Of a stretch of 64,000 nucleotides of DNA, positions 1-11,031 are shown in pieces; the first letter of the stretch is position 1, and each line of letters begins with the position of its first letter. The position numbers and the translations under genes were made by a program. The stretch lies in assembly GCA_965228875.1 (NCBI GenBank), contig OZ245843.1, positions 3,392,616-3,456,615 on the forward strand. Direction: 5' to 3'. The stretch comes from Thalassobaculaceae bacterium. Its GTDB lineage: Bacteria > Pseudomonadota > Alphaproteobacteria > Thalassobaculales > Thalassobaculaceae. The notes beneath the pieces are model-generated. The model was given only the letters and a program-made list of their open reading frames with translations. It ran no database searches and had not been told where the DNA came from.

Positions 1-59
1 ACTCCCCAGGGTCCCCGGCCGATCCGGTGGGTCGCGGTGGTCGGTCCGGGCGTCGTCAT
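1..59 (-). CDS. 5' end of a CDS running off the window edge (MTTPGPTTATHRIGRGPWG...), function unknown
   Basis: ATG at 59 on minus strand with purine-rich GGAGAGGGGG upstream, directly after the denD stop; only 19 codons visible. Confidence 0.35.
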   Translation of the reverse strand, partial: MTTPGPTTATHRIGRGPWG

Positions 60-90
60 CTACGCCCCCTCTCCGATGGTCGGTTCCGCC

Positions 91-1056
91 TCAAGTGACC
101 GCGTCGCCGAGTTCATCCTCGATGAAGGCGCGGATGATGCTCTCCATGTCGGTGTCGCGCTTGAAGCCCATGGCGTTGGCGCGCGCGGTATCGAGACGGG
201 TCGGCCAGCCATAGACGATCTTCTCGATCACCGGATCCGGCTGCCACTTCACCCGCCCCGCCACCTCGGCGCCGGCCACCGCCTCCAGCGCGTCGACCAT
301 GCCGCGCACGCTCGCGGTGAAGCCCGGCAGCGGCACCGTCCGCCACGGTCCCCAGGCATCGGCGTCGATATCGTGGGCATGGCGGGTGTTGGCGACGATG
401 GTGCGCGGACTGGCGAGCCACATCTCGGTTTCCGGGGCCACCGGGCAGATCGCCTCCTCGCCCTGCAGCGGTTCGCGGATGATCGAGCTGGCGAAGGTGG
501 AGGCCGCCTTGTTCGGCTTGCCCGGCCGCACCACCACCGTCGGGTAGCGCAGGCAGCGGCCGTCCAGGTAACCCTTGCGGCTGTAGTCGTTGACCAGCAG
601 CTCGCCGATCGCCTTCTGCACGCCGTAGGAGTTCTGCGGGGTGATCTGCTGGTTGTCGCTCACCACCTCGGGCAGGTCGCCGCCATAGACCGCGCAGGAG
701 CTGGAGAACACGATCCGGGGCTTGTTGCCGTGCTTGCGGGCCAGTTCCAGGATGGTGCGGGTGGCGTCCAGGTTGACCGCCATGCCGAGATCGAAATCCG
801 CCTCCGCCCCGGCGCTGACCACGGCGGCGAGGTGGAACACGCTGTCGGTATCGGCGCGGATCGCGTCGGCCAGCAGGTCGGGATCCGTGACGTCGCCGAC
901 GATCGAGCGCACCCGGCCGTCCCCGGTCAGTTCCTCCGGTGCCTCAACCATGTCGGCCAGCACCAGCTCCTCGACGCCGAGCGCATTGTCGTCCAGCAGC
1001 GAGCGGGCGAGCTTCTTGCCCAGGAACCCGGCCCCGCCGGTGATCGCGATCTTCAT
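91..1056 (-). CDS. denD: D-erythronate dehydrogenase-like NAD-dependent epimerase/dehydratase
   Basis: TGGAGFLG Rossmann motif, YxxxK (YGVQK), VRPGKPNKAASTFASSIIREPL family signature; next to otnI/otnK. Confidence 0.85.
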   Translation of the reverse strand: MKIAITGGAGFLGKKLARSLLDDNALGVEELVLADMVEAPEELTGDGRVRSIVGDVTDPDLLADAIRADTDSVFHLAAVVSAGAEADFDLGMAVNLDATRTILELARKHGNKPRIVFSSSCAVYGGDLPEVVSDNQQITPQNSYGVQKAIGELLVNDYSRKGYLDGRCLRYPTVVVRPGKPNKAASTFASSIIREPLQGEEAICPVAPETEMWLASPRTIVANTRHAHDIDADAWGPWRTVPLPGFTASVRGMVDALEAVAGAEVAGRVKWQPDPVIEKIVYGWPTRLDTARANAMGFKRDTDMESIIRAFIEDELGDAVT

Positions 1057-1204
1057 GGAATCCGTCCCCTGATGAGTTCTTTACGTGTCTTGTTGCCTAT
1101 GGCTGCCGGCGCCGTCTGCACGCAATCCTAGTGCGCCATGGCGGGCCGATCCATGCCCCGTCTGGCGGCGTGCCGGTCAGCGACGTGTACAGCGGTGTGT
1201 CCGG

Positions 1205-1993
1205 TCACCCGGGTCTGCGGGTCGCCGCCTTGAACCAGCCCAGCCCCTCGATGGTACCCGCCCTGGGGCGATATTCGCAGCCGACCCAGCCATCATAGCC
1301 GAGGCGGTCCATGGTCTCGAACAGGTAGGGGTAGTTGACCTCGCCGATGTCCGGCTCGTGGCGCTCCGGCACCCCGGCGATCTGCACGTGGCGCACGATG
1401 TCCAGGTGCTTCTCGAACGTCTTCGCCGTGTCCCCCTGCATGATCTGGACGTGGTAGAAATCGAACTGCAGGCCGACATTGTCGACGCCGACCGCCTCGA
1501 TGATCGTGCGCGCCTGTTCCTGGTAGTTCAGGAAATAGCCGGGGATGTCGCGGGTGTTGATCGGCTCGATGATCAGCGTCTTGCCCTTGGCCGCCGCTTT
1601 AGGCGCGGCGCGCTTCAGGTTGGACACCAGCGTGTCGGTGCAGGCCTCCGGCGTCATGCCCTCGGTCATGATCCCGCTCATCACATGCAGCAGATCATTG
1701 CCGATCACCTCGGCGTAGCTCAGCGCCTTGTCGAGGGCCGCGTCGAACTCCGCCTCGCGCCCCGGCAGGGCCGCGAGCCCCCGCTCGCCCTTGGTCCAAT
1801 CGCCCGGCGGCAGGTTGAACAGCGCCTGGGTCAGACCGGCGGCCTCCAGCTTGGCGCGGATCTCGACCGCCTCGTGCTCATAGGGAAACAGGAACTCCAC
1901 CCCCTCGAACCCGGCCATCTGGGCCGCGTCGAAACGGTCGAGGAAGTCGACCTCGTTGAACATCATCGACAGATTGGCGGCGAATTTCACCAT
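1205..1993 (-). CDS. otnI: 2-oxo-tetronate isomerase (hydroxypyruvate isomerase family)
   Basis: [12 protein letters not shown] start, [32 protein letters not shown] motifs; start moved from ORF-track 2500 to 1993. Confidence 0.85.
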   Translation of the reverse strand: MVKFAANLSMMFNEVDFLDRFDAAQMAGFEGVEFLFPYEHEAVEIRAKLEAAGLTQALFNLPPGDWTKGERGLAALPGREAEFDAALDKALSYAEVIGNDLLHVMSGIMTEGMTPEACTDTLVSNLKRAAPKAAAKGKTLIIEPINTRDIPGYFLNYQEQARTIIEAVGVDNVGLQFDFYHVQIMQGDTAKTFEKHLDIVRHVQIAGVPERHEPDIGEVNYPYLFETMDRLGYDGWVGCEYRPRAGTIEGLGWFKAATRRPG

Positions 1994-2117
1994 GGCGTCC
2001 GGGTCCCGTGTCCTTATGATTTCCGGCCACGATACGCGGGCCGCCAACCTTAACCAAGGCCCGACCGCGGCATAGACACGAACGGCCTCGACAAGAACCG
2101 ACCCTCGGGAGGACTCC

Positions 2118-3392
2118 ATGGCGCCTGTGCTGGGCTGCATCGCCGACGACTTCACCGGCGCGACCGATCTCGCCAACAACCTGGTGCGCGGCGGCATGCG
2201 CACGGTGCAGCTGATCGGCGTCCCCGACGCCGGCACCGCCGTGCCTGATGTCGACGCGATCGTCGTGGCGCTGAAGTCGCGGACCAACCCCGCGGCGGAG
2301 GCGGTCGGCATGTCCGTGGCGGCTCTCGACTGGCTGAAGGCCGCAGGCTGCCGACGCTTCCTGTTCAAGTACTGCTCGACCTTCGATTCCACTGACGACG
2401 GCAATATCGGACCGGTCGCCGATGCCCTGCTCGACCGGCTGAACAGCGATTTCACCATCGCCTGCCCCGCCTTTCCCGAGACCGGCCGGACCATCTTCAA
2501 GGGTCACCTCTTCGTCGGCGATCAGCTGCTCTCCGACACCCACATGCGCCACCATCCGCTGACCCCGATGACCGACAGCAACCTGGTCGCCGTGCTCGGT
2601 CGCCAGACGGCGCGCGGGGTGGGGCTGATCCAACACCGCGACATCCAGGGTGGGGTCGCCGCGATCCGCGACCGGGTCGCGACCCTGCGCGGCGAGGGCT
2701 GCGGCTATGCCATCCTCGACGCGGTGGACGACGCGCAACTTCACACCGCCGGCGAGGCGCTGGCCGATCTCGACCTGATCACCGGCGGCTCCGGCATCGC
2801 CATCGGCCTGCCCGAGGCCTACCGCCGGCGCGGCCTGCTGGAGGCCTCCCAGGGAGCGGCGCAGGTGCCTTCGGTGGCAGGCCCGTCGGCCGTGGTCGCC
2901 GGCTCCTGCTCCGCCGCCACCCTCGGGCAGATCGCCGAATGGGAAAAGACGCGCCCCTCCTTCAACCTGGACCCGCTGAAGCTGGCCGACGGCGGCGACG
3001 AGGTCGGCGCGGCCCTGGCCTTCGCCCGGGAGCGGATCGCCGACGGGCCGGTGCTGATCTACGCCTCGGCGCCGGCGGAGACGGTCAAGGCGATCCAGGA
3101 ACGCCTCGGCAGGGCCGAGGCCGGTGAACTGGTGGAAGGTGCCATGGCCCGCATCGCCAAGGCACTGGTCGACGACGACGGGGTGCGCCGGCTGGTGGTC
3201 GCAGGGGGCGAAACCTCCGGTGCGGTGGTCTCTGCCCTCGGCGTGACCGGCCTGCACATCGGCGCCCAGATCGATCCCGGCGTGCCCGGCACGGTGACCC
3301 TGGGCACGGCCGAGCCGATCGCCCTGGCGCTGAAGAGCGGCAATTTCGGCGCTCCGGACTTCTTCGAGAAGGCGCTCAGGGAGATGGCGTAG
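2118..3392 (+). CDS. otnK: 3-oxo-tetronate kinase (four-carbon acid sugar kinase family)
   Basis: [35 protein letters not shown] motifs; GGAGG RBS. Confidence 0.92.
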   Translation: MAPVLGCIADDFTGATDLANNLVRGGMRTVQLIGVPDAGTAVPDVDAIVVALKSRTNPAAEAVGMSVAALDWLKAAGCRRFLFKYCSTFDSTDDGNIGPVADALLDRLNSDFTIACPAFPETGRTIFKGHLFVGDQLLSDTHMRHHPLTPMTDSNLVAVLGRQTARGVGLIQHRDIQGGVAAIRDRVATLRGEGCGYAILDAVDDAQLHTAGEALADLDLITGGSGIAIGLPEAYRRRGLLEASQGAAQVPSVAGPSAVVAGSCSAATLGQIAEWEKTRPSFNLDPLKLADGGDEVGAALAFARERIADGPVLIYASAPAETVKAIQERLGRAEAGELVEGAMARIAKALVDDDGVRRLVVAGGETSGAVVSALGVTGLHIGAQIDPGVPGTVTLGTAEPIALALKSGNFGAPDFFEKALREMA

Positions 3393-3440
3393 CGGTCGCG
3401 CCGGCCAGGGTCACCCCTGCCGGCGTCACACCCACCAGAA

Positions 3441-4529
3441 TCACCGCAGATGCGCCATTGCGTGGCGCACCACCTTCGCCATCACCGTCGGCAGCGCCGC
3501 CTCGCCGAGGCGCTCGATCGGCCACCAGCGGGCACCGGCCACCGGCGGCAGGCCCGGAAGCCGGGCGGAACGCACCGCAAGCTCCAGGTGGAAATGGGTG
3601 AAGGTATGGCGGACCGCGCCGGGCAGTTCGGCCCAGTCGATCCCCGCGACCGGCGCATGGTGATCGAGGTCGCCCGGTGCTGCGTCCGTCTCGTGCCAGG
3701 GTGAGGACGGCACCTCCTGCATGCCGCCGAGCAGTCCGCTCTCCGGCCGGCGGCGCAGCAGCACGGCGCCGTCGCCGCCGAGCAGAAAGAAGCAGGTGCC
3801 GCGCCGGGTGGGCTTGGTCTTTTTCGGCGTCTTGCGCGGCAGGTCCCCGGCCACGCCCGCGACACGGGCGGCGCAGGCGTCGGACCAGGGGCAGGTCAGG
3901 CATTTCGGGCTGCGCGGCGTGCAGACAGTGGCGCCGAGGTCCATGATCGCCTGAGCGTAGTCGCCGGGCCGGATGTCCGGCGTGATCTCCGCCGCCAGCC
4001 GCTTCAGCGCCGGCTTCGATCCCGGCAGCGGATCGCCGACCAGACGCAGGCGGGCGATCACCCGTTCGACATTGCCGTCAAGGATCGTCGCAGGCCGGTC
4101 GTAGGCGATGGCGGCGATGGCGGCCGCGGTATAGTCGCCGATCCCCGGCAGTGCCTTCAGGCCCGCCTCGCTGTCGGGAAAACGTCCGCCATACTGCGAC
4201 GCGACGGCTACGGCGCAGCGATGCAGGTTGCGGGCGCGGGCATAGTAACCGAGACCGGCCCACGCGCTCAGCACCTGGTCCAGATCGGCCGCCGCCAGCG
4301 CCTCCACCGTCGGCCAGCGTTCGGTGAAACGCTGGAAATACGGGCCGACGGTCGCCACCGTGGTCTGCTGCAGCATGATCTCGCTGAGCCAGACCCGGTA
4401 CGGATCCACCTCCTCGCCCGGCTCCGCGCGCCAGGGCAGGCGCCGGCGGTGGCGGTCGTACCAGGCGAGCAACCGGCCGGCGAGGAGCGGGGCGGGAATC
4501 TGTGCGGGGAATTCTGCGGCGACGGTCAT
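3441..4529 (-). CDS. mutY: A/G-specific adenine glycosylase
   Basis: WLSEIMLQQT, GLGYYARARN, HhH LPGIGDYT, 4Fe-4S CxxxxxxCxxCxxxxxC, HTFTHF. Confidence 0.97.
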   Translation of the reverse strand: MTVAAEFPAQIPAPLLAGRLLAWYDRHRRRLPWRAEPGEEVDPYRVWLSEIMLQQTTVATVGPYFQRFTERWPTVEALAAADLDQVLSAWAGLGYYARARNLHRCAVAVASQYGGRFPDSEAGLKALPGIGDYTAAAIAAIAYDRPATILDGNVERVIARLRLVGDPLPGSKPALKRLAAEITPDIRPGDYAQAIMDLGATVCTPRSPKCLTCPWSDACAARVAGVAGDLPRKTPKKTKPTRRGTCFFLLGGDGAVLLRRRPESGLLGGMQEVPSSPWHETDAAPGDLDHHAPVAGIDWAELPGAVRHTFTHFHLELAVRSARLPGLPPVAGARWWPIERLGEAALPTVMAKVVRHAMAHLR

Positions 4530-4609
4530 CGCCGCAAAGATAGCGCGAGGGGGCGATCGCGCCATATAACACGTGACACTTCCGAGCAGCGGCAGGCGGC
4601 GACCGGCGG

Positions 4610-5134
4610 ATGGCCGAGACGGCGAAGACTTCAGATCGAAAGGCACGGCGCGGAGGCATGCGGGCGCTGGCGGTTCTGTCGCCGGCCCTGACGGATCCGC
4701 TGTTCCGCCGGCGCGGCTTCGTCGAGGGGCGGATTCCCCGCGACTGGCCGCAGATCGTGGGCGCCACGCTCGCCCGGCATTGCGCGCCCGAGTCGCTCGA
4801 CTTTCCCCGCGGGCGGCGCGACGGCGCGACGCTCCGGGTCGTCGCCCTGCCCGGCCGCGCCCTCGAGATCCAGCACCTCGCACCGCAGATCATCGAACGG
4901 GTCAACGGCCATTTCGGCTGGGCCGCCGTGGCGCGGCTGACGATCCGTCAGGGTCCGCTGCCGACGCCACCGAAGTCGACGCGGCCGAGCTTGCGCCCGC
5001 TCGCCGAGCGGGAGAAAACCGCGATCCGCCAGCGCGTGGAGCCGATCGGCGATCCTCAGCTCAGGGAACGGCTGGCGGCGCTCGGCGAGGCGCTGACCGC
5101 CCGTACACCCCCGAGCGACGGGGGCACGACCTAG
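4610..5134 (+). CDS. DUF721/DciA-family protein
   Basis: DWPQIVG...ALEIQH...IIERVNGHFG...RQGP pattern; conserved alphaproteobacterial position between mutY and dsbA-smc. Confidence 0.8.
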   Translation: MAETAKTSDRKARRGGMRALAVLSPALTDPLFRRRGFVEGRIPRDWPQIVGATLARHCAPESLDFPRGRRDGATLRVVALPGRALEIQHLAPQIIERVNGHFGWAAVARLTIRQGPLPTPPKSTRPSLRPLAEREKTAIRQRVEPIGDPQLRERLAALGEALTARTPPSDGGTT

Positions 5135-5246
5135 GCGCCGACGGGAGGCGCCGGAAAATGGCCGCAATCGCGGCCTATTTGGGAATCTTGCCGGGGCATG
5201 TGGACTCGGCGTATTGTCATCAACATCTGGTGTCCGGGAGCATCAC

Positions 5247-5861
5247 ATGCAGCGCAGAACACTAAATCTTGGGATTCTTGGTCTGGCCGGCGCGGCCCTG
5301 GCCCCGTCGATGGCATACGCAGCGGAGGCCGTCGACCTGGAGGCTGCGACGGCGCCGCGGGTGCTCGGCGACCCGAACGCGCCGCTGACCATGATCGAGT
5401 ACTCCTCGATGACCTGCCCGCATTGCGCATCGTTCCATGTCAACAGCTTCAAGCCGATCGTCGAGACCTATGTCGAGACCGGAAAGCTGAAGTTCGAGCT
5501 GCGCGATTTCCCGCTCGACCAGTACGCCCTGCGCGCCGCCGCGATGGCGCGGGCGATCGACGGCAAGCGCTACTTCGCCCTGGTCGACCTGATCTTCAAG
5601 CAGCAGTCGAGCTGGACCCGGTCGGGCAACCCCATCGACGCGCTGAAGAAGATCGGCCGCCTTGCCGGCATATCCGCCGACGTCGCCGACGCCCACATGA
5701 CCGACAACGCCCTGCTCGATTCCATCCTCAACGGCCGGATCGCCGCCCAGAAGGACTACGACGTGAACTCGACCCCGACCTTCGTCGTCGGCGACGAGAT
5801 CGTCCGCGGCGCCGAGCGGTTCGAGACCTTCCAGAAGGTGATCGACGGTCAGCTCGTCTGA
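5247..5861 (+). CDS. DsbA-family thioredoxin-fold protein, exported
   Basis: EYSSMTCPHC (CxxC), cis-Pro STPTF, N-terminal RR/hydrophobic signal. Confidence 0.9.
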   Translation: MQRRTLNLGILGLAGAALAPSMAYAAEAVDLEAATAPRVLGDPNAPLTMIEYSSMTCPHCASFHVNSFKPIVETYVETGKLKFELRDFPLDQYALRAAAMARAIDGKRYFALVDLIFKQQSSWTRSGNPIDALKKIGRLAGISADVADAHMTDNALLDSILNGRIAAQKDYDVNSTPTFVVGDEIVRGAERFETFQKVIDGQLV

Positions 5862-5889
5862 GCCGGCCGTCCGTCGGAGACCCACCACG

Positions 5890-8800
5890 GTGCACTTCAG
5901 CAAGCTGCGTCTGACCGGTTTCAAGTCCTTCGTCGAACCGACGGAGCTGCACATCGAGGCAGGCCTGACCGGCGTGGTGGGACCGAACGGCTGCGGCAAG
6001 TCGAACCTGGTGGAAGCCCTGCGCTGGGTCATGGGCGAGACATCCGCCAAGCAGATGCGCGGCGGCGGCATGGACGACGTGATCTTCGGCGGAACCGAGC
6101 AGCGCCCGGCACGCAACATGGCCGAGGTCGGGCTGTTCGTCGCCAATGACGACCGCCGGGCCCCGGCCCAGTTCAACGACGCCGAAGAGCTCGAGGTCGT
6201 GCGCCGGATCGAGCGCGAGAAGGGGTCGCACTACCGGGTCAACGGCAAGGACGTGCGCGCCCGCGACGTCCAACTGCTGTTCGCCGATGCCGCGACCGGC
6301 GCGCGCTCGGCCGGGCTGGTCAGCCAGGGCAAGATCGGCAGCATCGTCCAGGCCAAGGCCTCGGACCGCCGCGCCCTGCTGGAGGAGGCGGCCAACATCC
6401 GCGGCCTCCACACCCGGCGTCACGAGGCCGAACTGCGGTTGCGGGCGGCGGAACAGAACCTGGAGCGGCTGGACGACGTGCTCAAGGCGCTGGAGGGACA
6501 GCGCGCGGCGCTGCGCCGCCAGGCCCGCCAGGCTCAGCGTTACCGCGACCTCAGCGAGCAGATCCGGCGCGCCGAGTCGATCGTCCTGCACGCCCGCTGG
6601 ACCCAGACGATGGAGGAGCGGCGCAAGGCCGGTACGGCGCTCGCCGACGCCCGCGACCGCGTCACGACCGCGACCCAGGCGGCGGCGGCGGCCAGCGCCG
6701 CTCAGACGGACTCCGCCTCAAGTCTGCCGGGCCTGCGGGTGAGCGAGGCCGAGGCGTCGGCCGAACTGCAACGCCTGACCGTCGCGCGGGGCGAGCTGGA
6801 CGCCGAGGAACGCCGGATCGCCACCGCCCGCAGCGAGGCGGAGACCCGGCTGCGCCAGATCGCGGACGACGTGGTCCGGGAGAAGGCGCTGGTGGACGAG
6901 GCCGCATCCGCCCTCGCCCGGCTGACCGAGGAGCGCGATGCCCTGGTCGCCGCCGGTGCGGGCGAGGCCGAGGCGCAGGAAGCCAGCGCCGCCGCCCTGG
7001 CCAAGGCCAACCGCGAGGCCGAGGAGGCCGAGGACGCGGTCCACAAGGCCACCGAGACCATCGCCGTCGCCGACGCCCGCCGTGCAGCACTCGAGCGCCA
7101 GGCCCGCCAGGCCGGGGAGCGTATCGCCCGCCTCGACCGCCAGCAGGCCGAACTGACCGCAAGGCGCGGCGACCTGGTCCGCCAGGCGGTGCCGGAGGCT
7201 GAGCGCGACGCCGCCCAGCAGGCGGTCGACACCGCCGCCGAAGCCGCGGAAACCGCAGAGGCGGCGGTGCCGCGGGCCCAGGAGGCGCGCGACGCCGGGC
7301 TGGAGGCCGAAAAGGCCGCCCGCGCCGCCGCCCGCGAGATCGAGGCCGCCGTCTCCGAACTCGAGACCGAGGCGACCGGCCTGCGCCGCCTGCTGATGCA
7401 GGGCAAGAGCGAGGCCGAACCGGTGGTCGACTCGGTCACGGTGGCGCCCGGCTACGAGACCGCGCTCGGCGCCGCCCTGGGCGACGATCTCGAAGCTCCG
7501 GCCCTGGATGACGGCGCCGATGTCGCGGCGACCGGTTGGCGTGCCGACGCGGACCGGAGCGCGGATGCGGGCGCGGCGGGCTGGCCGGCCGGGATCGAGC
7601 CGCTGGCACCGCATGTGACCGCCCCGGCCGCGCTCGGCGCCCGACTGGAACATATCGGCATCGCCGCCGACCCGGTCGCCGCCGCGGCCGCGCAGCCCGC
7701 CCTGCGCCCCGGTGCGCGGCTCGTCACCCGCGACGGCGGGATGTGGCGCTGGGACGGCTTCGTCCAGGCCCCCGGCAGCCCCAGCGCCGCCGCCATCCGC
7801 CTGGAGCGCCGCAACCGGCTGGCGGAGCTGGATCGCCAGCTCGCCACCCGACGCGGTGACCTCGACGTCGCCCGCTCCCGGTCGGAGCACGCCGCCACCC
7901 GTCTGGCCGAGGCGGAGGAGGCGGTCGAAGCGGCCCGCACCTCACGCAACGCCGCGTCCGACGCACTGTCCCGCGCCAAGGCCGCCGCCGCCGAGATCGA
8001 ATCGCGGGTGGCCGCCGTCGACACCAAGCTGGCGGCGCTGGACGACGGGGCGGCCCGTCTCGCCGGCGAACGCGAGGAGGCGGCCGGCGCTCTGGCGCAG
8101 GCGTCGGAGGAACTGGCGGGGCTGCCGGACGTGGATGCGCTGCGCGCCGAGTCGGCCAGGCTGCGCGGCGCGCTGTCCGAACGTCGGGCCGAACTGGTGG
8201 AGGCCCGCACCGAACATGACCGCCTGGTCCGCGAGGCCGATTCCCGGCGCACCCGACTGTCTTCGACCGAGGGCGAGATCAGATCCTGGGGCGACCGGCG
8301 CGAGCGCGCCGCCACCCGGCTCGGCGACCTCGACGCCCGGCGCCAGGGGGAGGAGGCGGAGATCGCCCGGCTGTCGTCCCGCCCGGCGGAGATCGCCGAG
8401 GAGCGCGAGAAGGTCGTCGCCCTGATCGAGACGGCCGACACCAAGCGCCGACGCGCGGCCGACGCCCTCGTCTCCGCCGAGAGCCGACAGACCGAGCTCG
8501 ACCGGGTGGCCAAGGAGGCGGACCGCGCCGCCGGCGAAGCCCGCGAGGGTCTGATCCGCGCCGAAGCCCAGCTCGAGCAGATCAACCAGTCCCTGAAGGT
8601 GGAGCGTGAGCGCATCCAGGAGCGGCTCGGCTGCACGCCCGACGCGATCCTGGCCAGCGCCGGAATCGACCCGCAGGAGGACCTGCCGGACGCGGCACAG
8701 ACCCAGTCGCGACTCGATCGCCTTACCGGCGAGCGGGAGGCGCTGGGGCCGGTCAATCTGCGGGCCGAGACCGAGCTCGAGGAACTGAACGAACAGATCG

Positions 8801-9369
8801 AGGGCATGGAGCGCGAGCGCGACGACCTGGTCGGCGCGATTCAGCGGCTGCGCAGCGCCATCACCGCCCTGAACAAGGAGGGCCGCGAACGCCTGCTGGC
8901 CGCCTTCAACCAGGTCGACGGCCATTTCCAGACCCTGTTCCGCCGGCTGTTCGGCGGTGGCGAGGCGCACCTGAAGCTGACCGAGGCGGACGATCCGCTC
9001 GAGGCCGGGCTGGAGATCATGGCGAGCCCGCCGGGTAAGAAGATGCAGCACCTGTCGCTGCTGTCAGGCGGCGAACAGGCGCTGACGGCGGCCGCTCTGG
9101 TCTTCGCGGTGTTCCTGACCAACCCGTCGCCGATCTGCGTCCTGGACGAGGTGGATGCGCCGCTGGACGACACGAATGTCGACCGGTTCTGCTCGCTGCT
9201 GCAGGACATCGTGAAGGAAACCGGCACCCGTTTCCTGGTCATCACCCACCACCGGATGACCATGGCGCGCATGGACCGGCTGTTCGGCGTCACCATGGCG
9301 GAACGCGGCGTCAGCCAGCTCGTGTCCGTCGATCTGGCCCGCGCCGAGAGGCTGCGCGACGCCGGCTGA
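5890..9369 (+). CDS. smc: Chromosome segregation protein SMC
   Basis: Walker A GPNGCGKSN, long coiled coils, LSGGE signature, Walker B LDEVDAPLD; GTG start. Confidence 0.97.
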   Translation: MHFSKLRLTGFKSFVEPTELHIEAGLTGVVGPNGCGKSNLVEALRWVMGETSAKQMRGGGMDDVIFGGTEQRPARNMAEVGLFVANDDRRAPAQFNDAEELEVVRRIEREKGSHYRVNGKDVRARDVQLLFADAATGARSAGLVSQGKIGSIVQAKASDRRALLEEAANIRGLHTRRHEAELRLRAAEQNLERLDDVLKALEGQRAALRRQARQAQRYRDLSEQIRRAESIVLHARWTQTMEERRKAGTALADARDRVTTATQAAAAASAAQTDSASSLPGLRVSEAEASAELQRLTVARGELDAEERRIATARSEAETRLRQIADDVVREKALVDEAASALARLTEERDALVAAGAGEAEAQEASAAALAKANREAEEAEDAVHKATETIAVADARRAALERQARQAGERIARLDRQQAELTARRGDLVRQAVPEAERDAAQQAVDTAAEAAETAEAAVPRAQEARDAGLEAEKAARAAAREIEAAVSELETEATGLRRLLMQGKSEAEPVVDSVTVAPGYETALGAALGDDLEAPALDDGADVAATGWRADADRSADAGAAGWPAGIEPLAPHVTAPAALGARLEHIGIAADPVAAAAAQPALRPGARLVTRDGGMWRWDGFVQAPGSPSAAAIRLERRNRLAELDRQLATRRGDLDVARSRSEHAATRLAEAEEAVEAARTSRNAASDALSRAKAAAAEIESRVAAVDTKLAALDDGAARLAGEREEAAGALAQASEELAGLPDVDALRAESARLRGALSERRAELVEARTEHDRLVREADSRRTRLSSTEGEIRSWGDRRERAATRLGDLDARRQGEEAEIARLSSRPAEIAEEREKVVALIETADTKRRRAADALVSAESRQTELDRVAKEADRAAGEAREGLIRAEAQLEQINQSLKVERERIQERLGCTPDAILASAGIDPQEDLPDAAQTQSRLDRLTGEREALGPVNLRAETELEELNEQIEGMERERDDLVGAIQRLRSAITALNKEGRERLLAAFNQVDGHFQTLFRRLFGGGEAHLKLTEADDPLEAGLEIMASPPGKKMQHLSLLSGGEQALTAAALVFAVFLTNPSPICVLDEVDAPLDDTNVDRFCSLLQDIVKETGTRFLVITHHRMTMARMDRLFGVTMAERGVSQLVSVDLARAERLRDAG

Positions 9370-9436
9370 AGAGCGCGTCCAGATTTATTCATTGAATTCA
9401 GTCAGTTGCCGTTCTTTTCGCAGTGCGGCGCCAGCC

Positions 9437-9465
9437 TTGACACCCCTTAGGCCCCTGCGTATGGT
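9437..9465 (+). promoter_or_regulatory. sigma70-type promoter of the atp F0 operon
   Basis: TTGACA-N17-TATGGT about 110 bp upstream of atpI. Confidence 0.7.
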
Positions 9466-9575
9466 GGCGCCGCTTCGCCGGGGGTCCGGCAAGCGCGGGA
9501 TTCGTCGCGTTCTCGGACGCGTCCGGTTCCGGATCGAACCGCTTTCGGGGCCCGGTTCCACGGGTCTTACGGGGA

Positions 9576-9956
9576 ATGGACGACAGAGACTCCCCGCCTT
9601 CGCTCGACAGCCTCGCCGACCGCGTGAAGCGGGCGCGGGGCACGGACAAGGCCAAGCGGAAGAATGATCTGGGTCCGGAACTTCCGGGGACGGCGATGGG
9701 GATCGCCTTCCGAGTGGGCGTCGAGCTTGTGGCCGGCGTCATGGTCGGGGCGGCGATCGGATACGGTCTCGATCAGTGGCTGGGGACGACGCCCTGGATG
9801 CTGATCGTGTTCTTCTTTCTCGGGGCCGGGGGCGGGATGATGAACGTCTTCCGCGCGGCCACCGGACAGAGCCTGACGGTGGGATACCGGAACGGCTCGC
9901 AGGAGTCGGAGCGATCGGACGGCGCGAAGCCGGACGGCGGTAGCAAAGAGGGGTAG
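9576..9956 (+). CDS. atpI: ATP synthase protein I (AtpZ/AtpI family)
   Basis: ELVAGVMVG..IGYGLDQWLGTTPW two-helix motif; first gene of F0 operon. Confidence 0.9.
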   Translation: MDDRDSPPSLDSLADRVKRARGTDKAKRKNDLGPELPGTAMGIAFRVGVELVAGVMVGAAIGYGLDQWLGTTPWMLIVFFFLGAGGGMMNVFRAATGQSLTVGYRNGSQESERSDGAKPDGGSKEG

Positions 9957-9959
9957 CAG

Positions 9960-10685
9960 GTGGCGTCTCCGGTCGAACAGTTCACGATCAAGACCATTGG
10001 CCCGGAACTCCATGTCGCGGGCATGGACATCTCCTTCACCAACTCGGCCGCCTTCATGATTCTGGCGACGGTGGTGGTCGGCGTGTTCCTGACCCAGTCG
10101 ATGAGCGGCCGGCACCTGGTGCCGACGCGGATCCAGTCGGTGGCGGAACTGTCCTACGAGTTCATCGCCAACATGGTGCGGGAGAACGTCGGCTCCGAGG
10201 GCCGGCCGTACTTCCCGTTCATTTTCACGCTGTTCATGTTCATCCTGGCCGGCAACCTGCTAGGCATGATCCCGTACAGCTACACCTTCACCAGCCAGAT
10301 CATCGTGACCTTCGCCATGGCGATGACGGTGTTCGTCGGGGTGACGATCATCGCGCTGGTCAAGCACGGCACCCACTTCTTCAGCTTCTTCTTCCCGTCG
10401 GGCGCGCCGGTCTACATGGCACCGCTGCTGATCCCGATCGAGATCCTGTCCTACCTGTCGCGGCCGGTGAGCCTGTCGGTGCGACTGTTCGCCAACATGA
10501 TGGCCGGCCACACCATGATGAAGGTGTTCGGCGGCTTCGTCGTGGCGCTGGGCATCGCCGGCGTGTTCCCGCTGGCGGTCCTGGTCGGCCTCACCGTCTT
10601 CGAGGTCCTCGTCGCGGTGCTGCAGGCCTACGTGTTCACGATCCTGACCTGCATCTATCTCCACGACGCGATCCATCTGCACTGA
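9960..10685 (+). CDS. atpB: ATP synthase F0 subunit a
   Basis: SLSVRLFANMMAGH, LQAYVF motifs. Confidence 0.98.
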   Translation: MASPVEQFTIKTIGPELHVAGMDISFTNSAAFMILATVVVGVFLTQSMSGRHLVPTRIQSVAELSYEFIANMVRENVGSEGRPYFPFIFTLFMFILAGNLLGMIPYSYTFTSQIIVTFAMAMTVFVGVTIIALVKHGTHFFSFFFPSGAPVYMAPLLIPIEILSYLSRPVSLSVRLFANMMAGHTMMKVFGGFVVALGIAGVFPLAVLVGLTVFEVLVAVLQAYVFTILTCIYLHDAIHLH

Positions 10686-10745
10686 TCGATCCGTCGCGAG
10701 ACCTCAACCCAGCCTCAACCTCCCAACGAACGGAAGGATAGTCCC

Positions 10746-10970
10746 ATGGAACTCGAAGCCGCCAAGATGATCGGAGCCGGTCTTGCCGTCATCGCCCTGA
10801 TGGGCGTCGGTGTCGGTATCGGCAACATCTTCTCGACCCTGATCGCCTCGATCGCCCGCAACCCGGCGGCCCGCGGCGAAGTCTTCGGCATCGGCATTCT
10901 GGGCTTCGCGCTGACGGAAGCCGTCGCGCTGTTCGCGCTGCTGATCGCGTTCCTCATCCTGTTCACCTGA
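10746..10970 (+). CDS. atpE: ATP synthase F0 subunit c
   Basis: GxGxGxG, ARNP loop, proton-binding Glu in FALTEA. Confidence 0.98.
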   Translation: MELEAAKMIGAGLAVIALMGVGVGIGNIFSTLIASIARNPAARGEVFGIGILGFALTEAVALFALLIAFLILFT

Positions 10971-11031
10971 TCCCGGTTCGGGTGCCGGCTGTCCGGCGGG
11001 CACCCTCGACCCCCGTCAGGAGGATGACGAC

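Noticed and set aside
9388..9406. AT-rich CATTGAWTTCA motif, similar to 49326-49342
   Set aside because: Only two short imperfect occurrences; cannot assign function from this window
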